A stretch of 24,000 nt of DNA, from the NCBI GenBank assembly GCA_965228595.1, contig OZ245828.1, positions 5,255,846 through 5,279,845 of the forward strand, in the 5' to 3' direction. Positions 17,206 to 24,000 of the stretch are shown here, one piece after another. The DNA is from Cyclobacteriaceae bacterium. GTDB taxonomy: Bacteria; Bacteroidota; Bacteroidia; Cytophagales; Cyclobacteriaceae. Under the pieces are notes generated by a model that saw nothing but the letters and a program-made list of their open reading frames with translations, was not told the DNA's origin and did no database searches. Position numbers and translations under genes: made by a program. The first letter of the stretch is position 1. Each line of letters starts with the position of its first letter.

Positions 17206-17240
17206 AGTGACATAGGGCTGTCACTCAAGACGGTTTTTTT
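17206..17240 (+). terminator. Hairpin plus T7 run in the MATE leader (terminator or attenuator candidate)
   Basis: AGTGACA-TAGGGC-TGTCACT forms a 7-bp stem, followed 8 nt later by TTTTTTT. It lies about 95 nt upstream of the MATE ATG. Confidence 0.3.
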
Positions 17241-17333
17241 GTGTAGTAGAAAGATATCTTTTGCCGGAAATGACCTTCATGAATGTCGTTTTTGCATCGG
17301 ATGATTTCAATAATTAAGTATCAATTTTGCTTT

Positions 17334-18758
17334 ATGGAATCAAACAATGAAATGCCTGTAATGGAAGCCCCCAAACAATCTATCTGGCGCCAACTCAAAG
17401 ATGCCATTCAGGGTACGGATGCAGATTATACCACCATAGACTTGAAAAAAGCCATTTTTCTGCTGGCTGTACCCATGATCCTCGAGCTGGTGATGGAATC
17501 GACTTTCGCGGTAGTAGATATCTATTTTGTGGGTCAGCTGGGCTCCTCTGCCGTGGCCACTGTGGGATTGACAGAGACTTACCTGTTCCTGCTGTATTCG
17601 GTGGCCATGGGTTTGGCGATGGCTGTCACGGCCATCATTGCACGTAGGGTCGGTGAAAAGGATAAAAGTGCTGCCGGAAAATCGGCGGTACAATCCATAT
17701 TTCTCTCGCTATTGATATCGCTTCCTTTTACCATCGCCGGGATCTTCTTTGCCAAGGATCTGCTGGCACTCATGGGAGGTGACCAATGGAGTCTGGAGCA
17801 TGGGTATCGGTATACCCAGTGGATGCTGGGTGGTAATGCAGTAATTGTCTTGTTGTTTGTGATCAACGCCATTTTCAGAGGTGCCGGTGATGCAGCCATT
17901 GCGATGCGGGTTTTATGGATTGCCAATGGTCTCAATATCATTCTTGACCCGCTGCTGATCTTTGGGTGGGGACCCATTCCTACGATGGGCATCGAAGGAG
18001 CTGCCATCGCAACCACAACAGGCAGGGGTATTGCCGTGGGCATCCAGTTGTGGACACTCTTCAAGGGTGGAAGGCACATCCAGGTGTTCATAACAGATTT
18101 TGTATGGGATGCCAAAAGGATCATGAATATCATCAAAACTTCCCTGGGAGGTGTGGGACAAATGATCGTGGCCATGTCTTCATGGATCTTCCTGATGCGG
18201 ATCCTGGCAGATGTGGGCAGTGAGGCTGTCGCCGGGGCAACGATAACGATGCGGGTGATGATGTTTACCCTGATGCCCGCCTGGGGACTTTCAAATGCTG
18301 CAGCAACGCTGGTGGGACAAAACCTCGGTGCCGGACACCCTGACCGGGCAGAATCCTCCGTATGGAAGATCGGGTTTTATAACATGGTCTTTCTGATAGG
18401 TGTGTCGATTGTGTATTTCTTCTTTAATCGTTCACTGGTGAGTATATTCTCGGATGACATGACCGTCATTGCCATTGGAGGGGAATGGCTGCGCATCTTG
18501 TCGTATGCCTACTTCATCTACGGCTGGTGGATGGTGTCTGTACAGGCCTTCAATGGTTCGGGGGATACAACGACACCAACGAAGATCAACCTGGTGTTCT
18601 TTTGGCTGATCCAGATCCCGTTGGCATATCTCCTGGCCATTCACTGGCACTGGGATCACTCCGGGGTGTTCTGGGCAGTGTTCTTTTCGGAGACAGCTGT
18701 CGGGTTGTTCACTCTGTGGTTGTTTAGAAAAGGTAAGTGGAAGCTGGCGACAGTATAA
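17334..18758 (+). CDS. MATE-family multidrug/toxin efflux transporter
   Basis: About 12 TM segments and a typical MATE N-terminus (LLAVPMILELVMESTFAVVDIYFVGQLG). I prefer the ATG at 17334 (MESNNEMP) to 17283. Confidence 0.88.
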   Translation: MESNNEMPVMEAPKQSIWRQLKDAIQGTDADYTTIDLKKAIFLLAVPMILELVMESTFAVVDIYFVGQLGSSAVATVGLTETYLFLLYSVAMGLAMAVTAIIARRVGEKDKSAAGKSAVQSIFLSLLISLPFTIAGIFFAKDLLALMGGDQWSLEHGYRYTQWMLGGNAVIVLLFVINAIFRGAGDAAIAMRVLWIANGLNIILDPLLIFGWGPIPTMGIEGAAIATTTGRGIAVGIQLWTLFKGGRHIQVFITDFVWDAKRIMNIIKTSLGGVGQMIVAMSSWIFLMRILADVGSEAVAGATITMRVMMFTLMPAWGLSNAAATLVGQNLGAGHPDRAESSVWKIGFYNMVFLIGVSIVYFFFNRSLVSIFSDDMTVIAIGGEWLRILSYAYFIYGWWMVSVQAFNGSGDTTTPTKINLVFFWLIQIPLAYLLAIHWHWDHSGVFWAVFFSETAVGLFTLWLFRKGKWKLATV

Positions 18759-18836
18759 AAAAGGTAGTTGCCGGCTTAAAAAGGGGTATTGTTTGAGAAT
18801 TGTCTAACTTTAGTTACAAACAACCACCTGAAAAAA

Positions 18837-18932
18837 ATGAAAAAGCTTAACCTCATTGCCATCCTTACTGTAATCCTTTTTTCCTGTAATCGAAATGATC
18901 AGGAGACACCCCTGTATATGTTATGCGTGTGA
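18837..18932 (+). CDS. Possible mini-lipoprotein ORF (31 aa), perhaps frameshifted
   Basis: MKKLNLIAILTVILFSC has a lipobox-like signal. The ORF ends after 31 codons. The +1 frame continues as CICYACERPQDLNGDGGLPDMAEIPG* to 18993. Confidence 0.3.
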   Translation: MKKLNLIAILTVILFSCNRNDQETPLYMLCV

Positions 18933-19039
18933 AAGACCACAGGACCTGAACGGTGACGGTGGTCTGCCTGATATGGCCGAAATACCTGGATAAGGTGTTG
19001 AGTGGGTATTTAGCTCTTAAGTGAGTCTGTTCGGAAACC

Positions 19040-20137
19040 CTATTGGTTGTTTCTGTCTAGGATGTAAAGGTTTATTTTGATCTCCTGACCATCGATCATT
19101 CTGATAAAGAGCGGATACAGACCGGTAGTCAGCCTGCTGGGGAGCGTAAAATACTGGTCGCTGCCAAATGATACAGCTTCAGAGTGAAATACGACATGCC
19201 CGGATAGATTGAATAGCTCGATTTCCTGTAATTCCGCAGAGCCTGTATTGATATGAAACTCTCTGTTAGTCAGCGGATTGGGATATACCTTTATGTCGGG
19301 TGGCGTACTTTGGCCCTGTATCAGCACAAGTGGAAAGATTTCTGTGGTCCCATCAAAATCTGTTTGAGACAATCGAACGTATTTAAGATCAACACCGGAA
19401 ATCTTGCTTAATACGGTACGCGTATAATACCTGGTTTCTTTGGTGGTGCCAGCTCCTTCAATTGTCATAAGGTCCTTCCAGTTGATGCCGTCGATGGATT
19501 CTGATATGGTGAAAAACTCATTATTTACCTCTGAGGCGGTAGACCAGGAGATATCGTAATAGTTGTTCCACTTGTTTTCAACGGTGAAGGAAAGCAGTTC
19601 TACCGGAAGGAGGGAGAGCGATCCAAATACCAAATTGATGGAACCGCAGTCATCCAGTTCACAGTCTCCGCTCAGGTTGATCACGCCTGATCCGGGTGTT
19701 GAGATAGTATTATCTTCCCGGGCTTCTCCTCTTTGGCTTGTTATATCTCCATTGACATTTAATGTGCCATTAACCCTTAGGGAACCGTCTTCTTCACCTG
19801 TATAATCAATGTTACCGGCAACATTAACATTTGCTCCACCAATTACACGGATAGTGGCTTCTTCACCAATCTTCAGACCTCCGATAGTTATATCTCCTTT
19901 GAAAGTGACCTCAGCATCTTCATTGGTTACATTGACTGTTCCTGATACATCTGCCTGAATGGTGACTTTCCCGTCTGTAACCGTAATATCTCCATCATAA
20001 TCATCATCGACAGAGCACGAACTACGCAGTCTGCAGTTACTGGATCCGGTACCTGATCCACAGCCACAGGAGTCCTGAGCATAGGAGTAGAAGGCAGTAC
20101 CGAATAGGATAAATGTTGTGAGTAGATAGTTCTTCAC
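19040..20137 (-). CDS. Secreted repeat (beta-helix-like) protein with T9SS C-terminal sorting domain
   Basis: It has a signal peptide and a GTG start. Repetitive V/T/N/G-rich segments follow, then an LPVELLSF junction motif. The C-terminal ~80 aa (KVYPNPLTN...GLYPLFIRM...) are typical of a Por/T9SS type A sorting domain. Confidence 0.85.
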   Translation of the reverse strand: MKNYLLTTFILFGTAFYSYAQDSCGCGSGTGSSNCRLRSSCSVDDDYDGDITVTDGKVTIQADVSGTVNVTNEDAEVTFKGDITIGGLKIGEEATIRVIGGANVNVAGNIDYTGEEDGSLRVNGTLNVNGDITSQRGEAREDNTISTPGSGVINLSGDCELDDCGSINLVFGSLSLLPVELLSFTVENKWNNYYDISWSTASEVNNEFFTISESIDGINWKDLMTIEGAGTTKETRYYTRTVLSKISGVDLKYVRLSQTDFDGTTEIFPLVLIQGQSTPPDIKVYPNPLTNREFHINTGSAELQEIELFNLSGHVVFHSEAVSFGSDQYFTLPSRLTTGLYPLFIRMIDGQEIKINLYILDRNNQ

Positions 20138-20490
20138 AGTGCTCTTTGCTGGCTGATCATGTAAATATTAATAGGCCGATTTTACTCAAAACCATGAATA
20201 CGTCATAAAAGTATATGATTTTTTACCACTGACTATAATAATTCTATGTTTGGTACTTATTAACGGTAACTGGTTGGGATTTAAGGATTTTGGGGAATGG
20301 TGGGGGGTATTATTTATTGTGCCGAAACACGCAAAACCCATCGTTATTCAGAGCGGAATCACTGGAATCGAATTAAATAAGAAGCATTAAGAGTTACAAC
20401 CAGCGCATCTATCTAAGTTGAAAAATGCTTGTGGAGCGAAGAATCTCATTCCATGTGGGCCGATCTGCCTTGATAGACCTCACGAGAAGG

Positions 20491-20554
20491 AGATTCCTGC
20501 CTCCCGTCAGGCAGGCTTCACTTCGTTCAGGATGACGTTAGAAAATCACGTCCT
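20491..20554. repeat. Hairpin-repeat family member just 3' of the 115-aa gene (possible terminator for the minus strand)
   Basis: It contains CCTGCCT-CCCGTC-AGGCAGG (7-bp stem, 20496-20515). This is followed by CTTCACTTCGTTCAGGATGACG-TTAGAAAATCA-CGTCCT, in which 19 of 23 nt match the GIY-YIG repeat arm. Confidence 0.5.
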
Positions 20555-20900
20555 AAACCGCCTCCAACACTTTGGCTTCCTGCCTGGTTTTCTGCAAATG
20601 ATGCTTCAGGGTGGGGAAGTCCTCCAGAAATTCCCGGATCTGTTTGGCATGGGTAAAGTCCCTGGAACCGTGACCATACTGGTCGGTCCACTCGATGGTC
20701 ACTTTGGCTTCTCTGATATTTAAATTCTTATTTGTCATCCTGAAAACGTCTACGGGTGAATACTTTTTACTGAAATAGTACCTGCTGATGGTATTGTAGT
20801 CCGGAACGGGTACCCCAACATTGTTACAAAGGTCTTCCACACACCTTTTAAAGAAAGTAAGGGAAGAATTGGCTCCTGTATATATTTCGTACTCGTTCAT
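20553..20900 (-). CDS. Hypothetical 115-aa protein (orphan, no recognised family)
   Basis: A clean ATG-initiated ORF, divergent from the 21044 lipoprotein gene across an AT-rich 143-bp spacer. I see no signal peptide and no recognisable motifs. Confidence 0.6.
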   Translation of the reverse strand: MNEYEIYTGANSSLTFFKRCVEDLCNNVGVPVPDYNTISRYYFSKKYSPVDVFRMTNKNLNIREAKVTIEWTDQYGHGSRDFTHAKQIREFLEDFPTLKHHLQKTRQEAKVLEAV

Positions 20901-20924
20901 AATACTAATATAATTAGTATTATG
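20898..20924. promoter_or_regulatory. 12-bp-arm palindrome overlapping the start codon of the 115-aa gene
   Basis: CATAATACTAAT-ATA-ATTAGTATTATG is read directly from the sequence. The CAT at 20898-20900 is the complement of the ATG start codon. Confidence 0.45.
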
Positions 20925-21043
20925 CTAATAATATAATTATTTGTTATCTTTTTTTAGTAAACATTAACTTTTTGAGTTATGAGAATATAGTTATTTGTAG
21001 ATAACTGTAATATGATTAGCTTACAGTAATTAACACAACATCT

Positions 21044-22555
21044 ATGAAAAGATATTTACTGGTTTGTGCGATAGGAATTGGCATTACATTTTCCTGTTCA
21101 CAAAATAACGATGAAGCCCCCAAACCAACAGATTTTGGCTACCTGTCTTTAAATGTTTCTGTTTCTATCACCAGCGAGCCTGCCAATGGTAGAGTAGAGG
21201 CTGTTTCGACCGATGAATGGAAAGTCACTATCTTCTATGATGATGGCACTGAAGCACTGGTCTTTGATCCGTATTCCACAGCACCGACTGAAATACAGTT
21301 GCCAACCGGAGAATACTACATCGAAGCTCACAGCAATAACTTTATGGAAGCCGCTTTCGAAAACTCCTATTATTTCGGCCGATCAGCGAACTTTACAATT
21401 GATAAAGAGGAGATAAAAACCATAGACATCAATGCTGAGCTGGCCAATTCCAAGGTGGCCATCAATTATTCTTCCAATGTGACAAATACATTCAATAATT
21501 ATACCGGAGCGGTGACTGTGGTTAGTTCTGGTACCACACTTAATTACCTACAGGGGGAGACCCGTGAGGGTTATTTTGTATCAGAACCCTTATCAGTTGT
21601 TGTAGATCTGAGCTACAACAAGCTTGACGGAACATTTATTACCAGACAGTTTGCCGCTGATATCGATGCACAGCCTAAGACACTTTACAATGTGAATGTG
21701 GATGCCACACTGAAGGATGGGGAGATTGTCCTTAATATCAATGTGGATGAGACGTTTGAGACGGTAGAGATTGAGCTTGGAGATACAGGATCAGATCCTA
21801 ATGCTGATTGGGTTGCAGGAGACGATTGGATTGACGATCGGGATGGGGAAACTTACGGTACTGTGCAAATAGGAGATCAGGTGTGGATGAGTGAGAATTT
21901 GAGGTACTTACCAGAAGTCCATGATGCCACAAATTGGACATCTGCGTCAGAAAATTACACAAAAGGATATAGTGTCTTCAACTATGACGGCAATTCAGTA
22001 GAGGAAGCCCGGCAACGTCCGGAATACTCAACCAGGGGTGTGATATATAATGGATGGGCAACAATGGATGTGGAAGGTAATGCAGGAGTATTCACCACAG
22101 ACGTACAGGGAGCATGTCCGGTAGGCTGGCATGTGCCAGGTGATGATGAGTGGAATGCCTTGATCAACTATTTAGGGGGCGCTGAAGTGGCCGGCGGAAA
22201 GTTGAAGCAAATGGGTACGGTCAATTGGAGGGATCCTAATGTAGGAGCTACAGATGAGGTTGGTTTTAATGCTATTCCTGGTGGCAGACGATTTCCCGAT
22301 GGTCGGTTTGTAACACCAGACATTGTAGCTCATTTTAGAACAAGCACTCCGGATCCTGAAATTGAAATTTTTCAAGTGGTAAAATTTCTAAATTACAACA
22401 ACACCGCTGTAGTCACACAAAGGGTTCCAAATGACTTTGGTCTTTGTGTCCGGTGCATCAAAGATGTTGAAACTACTTCTTTCAGTGATAGTGATGGTGA
22501 TGGTATTCCGGATAATAGTGAGTTTCCCGGATGTGAAAATGATCCTAATTGCTAA
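21044..22555 (+). CDS. Lipoprotein with DUF4493-like N-terminal region and FISUMP (Fibrobacter succinogenes major paralogous) C-terminal domain
   Basis: The lipobox is GITFSCS. FISUMP hallmarks are present: DGETYGTVQIGDQVWMSENL, GWHVPGDDEWNALINYLGG, AGGKLK, GFNAIPGGRR and CVRCIKD. The tail is Asp-rich (SDSDGDGIPD). Confidence 0.85.
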   Translation: MKRYLLVCAIGIGITFSCSQNNDEAPKPTDFGYLSLNVSVSITSEPANGRVEAVSTDEWKVTIFYDDGTEALVFDPYSTAPTEIQLPTGEYYIEAHSNNFMEAAFENSYYFGRSANFTIDKEEIKTIDINAELANSKVAINYSSNVTNTFNNYTGAVTVVSSGTTLNYLQGETREGYFVSEPLSVVVDLSYNKLDGTFITRQFAADIDAQPKTLYNVNVDATLKDGEIVLNINVDETFETVEIELGDTGSDPNADWVAGDDWIDDRDGETYGTVQIGDQVWMSENLRYLPEVHDATNWTSASENYTKGYSVFNYDGNSVEEARQRPEYSTRGVIYNGWATMDVEGNAGVFTTDVQGACPVGWHVPGDDEWNALINYLGGAEVAGGKLKQMGTVNWRDPNVGATDEVGFNAIPGGRRFPDGRFVTPDIVAHFRTSTPDPEIEIFQVVKFLNYNNTAVVTQRVPNDFGLCVRCIKDVETTSFSDSDGDGIPDNSEFPGCENDPNC

Positions 22556-22682
22556 TACTGATAGGTATAAGGATCATTTTCACAACGCATGTACAAGCTT
22601 ATCAGTATATCTCTGGTGAGACAACTTCAAAATCATTAAAACCGGCTCACATGATGGTCATTGGCCGGCTTTAAGTGTTTTT

Positions 22683-23276
22683 TCACTTCGGGAAACCTGC
22701 CGAGGCCATCAGCTCCTCAATCTGCATGTGGTGCCGCTTACCATGTCCATTGATAAAGACGACCACCTGGTAGGCATCCAGGTTACCAAAAGGGAAGGTG
22801 GTGACACTGCCACGCAGGTCGTCATTGGTCGCCTTGATGAAATCAATGGTGTTGGCCCGGGCTTCGTTATAGGCCGTTAACGTCGCATCATAAGAACCAA
22901 AACGGTTGGTGGGTACCAATTCCGGACGGGTCTTGATTTTCCGTTCGCGATTGGTGATGATGGCATCTACCTGCGCATCTTCAACTTCCGATTGCAAATC
23001 GTTTTCGTCTGCGATGGTGGCTTTTACCAGTCCCAGCAGGTTTTGTTCAGACACGGTGATATGTTCCAGACATTCAGCCACTGACCATACGGAATCTGCT
23101 GGTTTGTAACTGAGTTGTTCGTCCGTCAGGCCTTTGACGGTCTTCAGTAGGGCTTTACGCGACTGCTTAAGCTGATCAACAGCAGATTTCCGATCTGTAT
23201 CCGTCAGCGTTTGTGCCACGGTTAATTCCACGGTGGCAATCAGCAATCCGAGGAAGAGTACAATTAACTTTTTCAT
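22683..23276 (-). CDS. DinB-family (DinB_2-like) four-helix-bundle protein with signal peptide
   Basis: The sequence WSVAECLEHITVSEQ....NGHGKRHHMQIEEL shows the His-containing DinB pattern. The N-terminus has a signal peptide (MKKLIVLFLGLLIA). Confidence 0.75.
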   Translation of the reverse strand: MKKLIVLFLGLLIATVELTVAQTLTDTDRKSAVDQLKQSRKALLKTVKGLTDEQLSYKPADSVWSVAECLEHITVSEQNLLGLVKATIADENDLQSEVEDAQVDAIITNRERKIKTRPELVPTNRFGSYDATLTAYNEARANTIDFIKATNDDLRGSVTTFPFGNLDAYQVVVFINGHGKRHHMQIEELMASAGFPK

Positions 23277-23382
23277 AATCTATTCTTTTAGTGTTTGGTA
23301 TGATGACGGGTGAGAGGCATTGAAATGGACAGGTTGATCATACTATTTTAGACTCAGGGTGATTTTTCATTTCTGTTTTTTT

Positions 23383-23499
23383 GCTAAGATTCTTCGCGTT
23401 GCTCAGGATGACGTAAATAAAAAATCAACCGTCATGCTGAGCCTGCTAAGCATCTTAGTGATCAGAACTCTTCATGAACAATAGAAAAAGAAGGATCTT
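23383..23499 (+). repeat. Left direct repeat flanking the GIY-YIG gene (long imperfect palindrome)
   Basis: The arms at 23383-23412 and 23429-23457 are largely complementary around a 16-nt A/T-rich loop. The tail ends in AAGGATCTTA, which is complementary to the first nucleotides of the repeat. Confidence 0.8.
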
Positions 23500-23543
23500 A
23501 ATAAGAAGTTCATTCCTACCATTATTTATCATTAAATTGGTGT

Positions 23544-23843
23544 ATGGTACGAGGTGGCCTTGTATATATCACAACCACAAAAAGAAACACAGTACTTTAC
23601 ACGGGTGTGTCCTCAGACCTACCAGGAAGAGTCTATGACCATAAAACAAAGGCCTACCCAAAATCCTTTACTGCAAGATATAACGTAGATAAACTGGTGT
23701 ACTATGAAGAACACCCCACCATAGAAGAAGCAATTGCCAGGGAGAAAGAAATCAAAGGTTGGACACGTGCCAAAAAGATCAAACTCATTGAGTCCATGAA
23801 TCCTGAATGGCGAGATCTTTATGAGGAAGTAAAGGAGTGGTAG
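23544..23843 (+). CDS. GIY-YIG nuclease superfamily protein (small stand-alone URI-domain type)
   Basis: 99 aa. It has VYITTTKRNTVLYTGVSSDL (a GIY-YIG-like Y..x..YTG), then RVYDHK and REKEIKGW, typical of the ~100-aa COG2827-like group. Confidence 0.85.
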   Translation: MVRGGLVYITTTKRNTVLYTGVSSDLPGRVYDHKTKAYPKSFTARYNVDKLVYYEEHPTIEEAIAREKEIKGWTRAKKIKLIESMNPEWRDLYEEVKEW

Positions 23844-23856
23844 GGCCTTTTTAATT

Positions 23857-23974
23857 CTAAGATCCTTCGCGTTGCTCAGGATGACGTAAATAAAAAATTA
23901 ACCGTCATGCTGAGCCTGCGAAGCATCTTAGTGATCAGAACTTCCTCATGAACTATAAAAGAAGAAGGATCTTA
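23857..23974 (+). repeat. Right direct repeat flanking the GIY-YIG gene
   Basis: It is near-identical to 23383-23499 in the same orientation, with a handful of substitutions and a 1-nt length difference. It starts 13 nt after the stop codon. Confidence 0.8.
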
Positions 23975-24000
23975 GCAATCAGGACTATATATGTAATATT

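Noticed and set aside
17206-17235. Possible guanidine-I (ykkC) riboswitch upstream of the MATE gene, because of the TAGGGC ... ACGG strings
   Set aside because: The other conserved ykkC blocks (GGUCCGAGAG-like, GGGA) are absent, and the strings fall in a simple hairpin loop.
17579-18175. 198-aa minus-strand ORF, and other short ORFs, inside the MATE gene
   Set aside because: It is antisense to a clear 12-TM transporter, and its Pro/Met/Ala-rich composition looks like a shadow frame.
20351-20380. tRNA-like T-loop string (minus strand AATTCGATTCC)
   Set aside because: The flanking bases do not form a T-stem, and I could not build an acceptor or anticodon arm. The match is probably chance.
20418-20723. 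101-aa + strand ORF (..IPASRQAGFTSFRMT..)
   Set aside because: It reads through the hairpin-repeat element and then runs antisense to the 115-aa gene. The peptide is the translation of the repeat, not a gene.
22641-22675. CCGGC...GCCGG inverted repeat between the convergent FISUMP and DinB genes, as a terminator
   Set aside because: It has only a 5-bp stem with a 17-nt loop, which is too weak to annotate.

Overview
This looks like a chromosomal segment of a Bacteroidota genome. Supporting features are a T9SS C-terminal sorting domain, a CarboxypepD_reg-type TonB-dependent receptor, a FISUMP-domain lipoprotein and many SpI/SpII signal peptides. Housekeeping genes: a 5'-truncated korA plus korB (2-oxoacid:ferredoxin oxidoreductase), translationally coupled to a 579-aa unknown with a degenerate PFOR domain-VI-like segment. 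The rest are a PAP2 phosphatase, a DUF1761 membrane protein, a HEAT-like protein, HrpB helicase, a TAT-signal NHL propeller, PPK2, a TonB-dependent receptor, a MATE exporter, a T9SS cargo protein and a DinB-like protein. Accessory content: (i) An IS200-like HUH/Y1 (RAYT-type) gene at 9442-9903 is bracketed by composite modules. Each module has two hairpin families nested around a conserved core of about 170 bp. There are three core copies, two of them in 202-bp tandem, and a solo hairpin doublet at 12.2 kb. (ii) A small GIY-YIG gene at 23544-23843 is flanked by about 118-bp direct repeats that are long imperfect palindromes. Degenerate relatives of the same repeat lie at about 17.0 kb and 20.5 kb. 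(iii) A decayed higBA toxin-antitoxin remnant. (iv) An orphan 115-aa gene whose start codon sits inside a 12-bp-arm palindrome. I recognised no rRNA, tRNA or CRISPR array. All homology statements come from reading motifs by eye, not from searches. The RAYT module and the GIY-YIG cassette are the best candidates for something not yet described.
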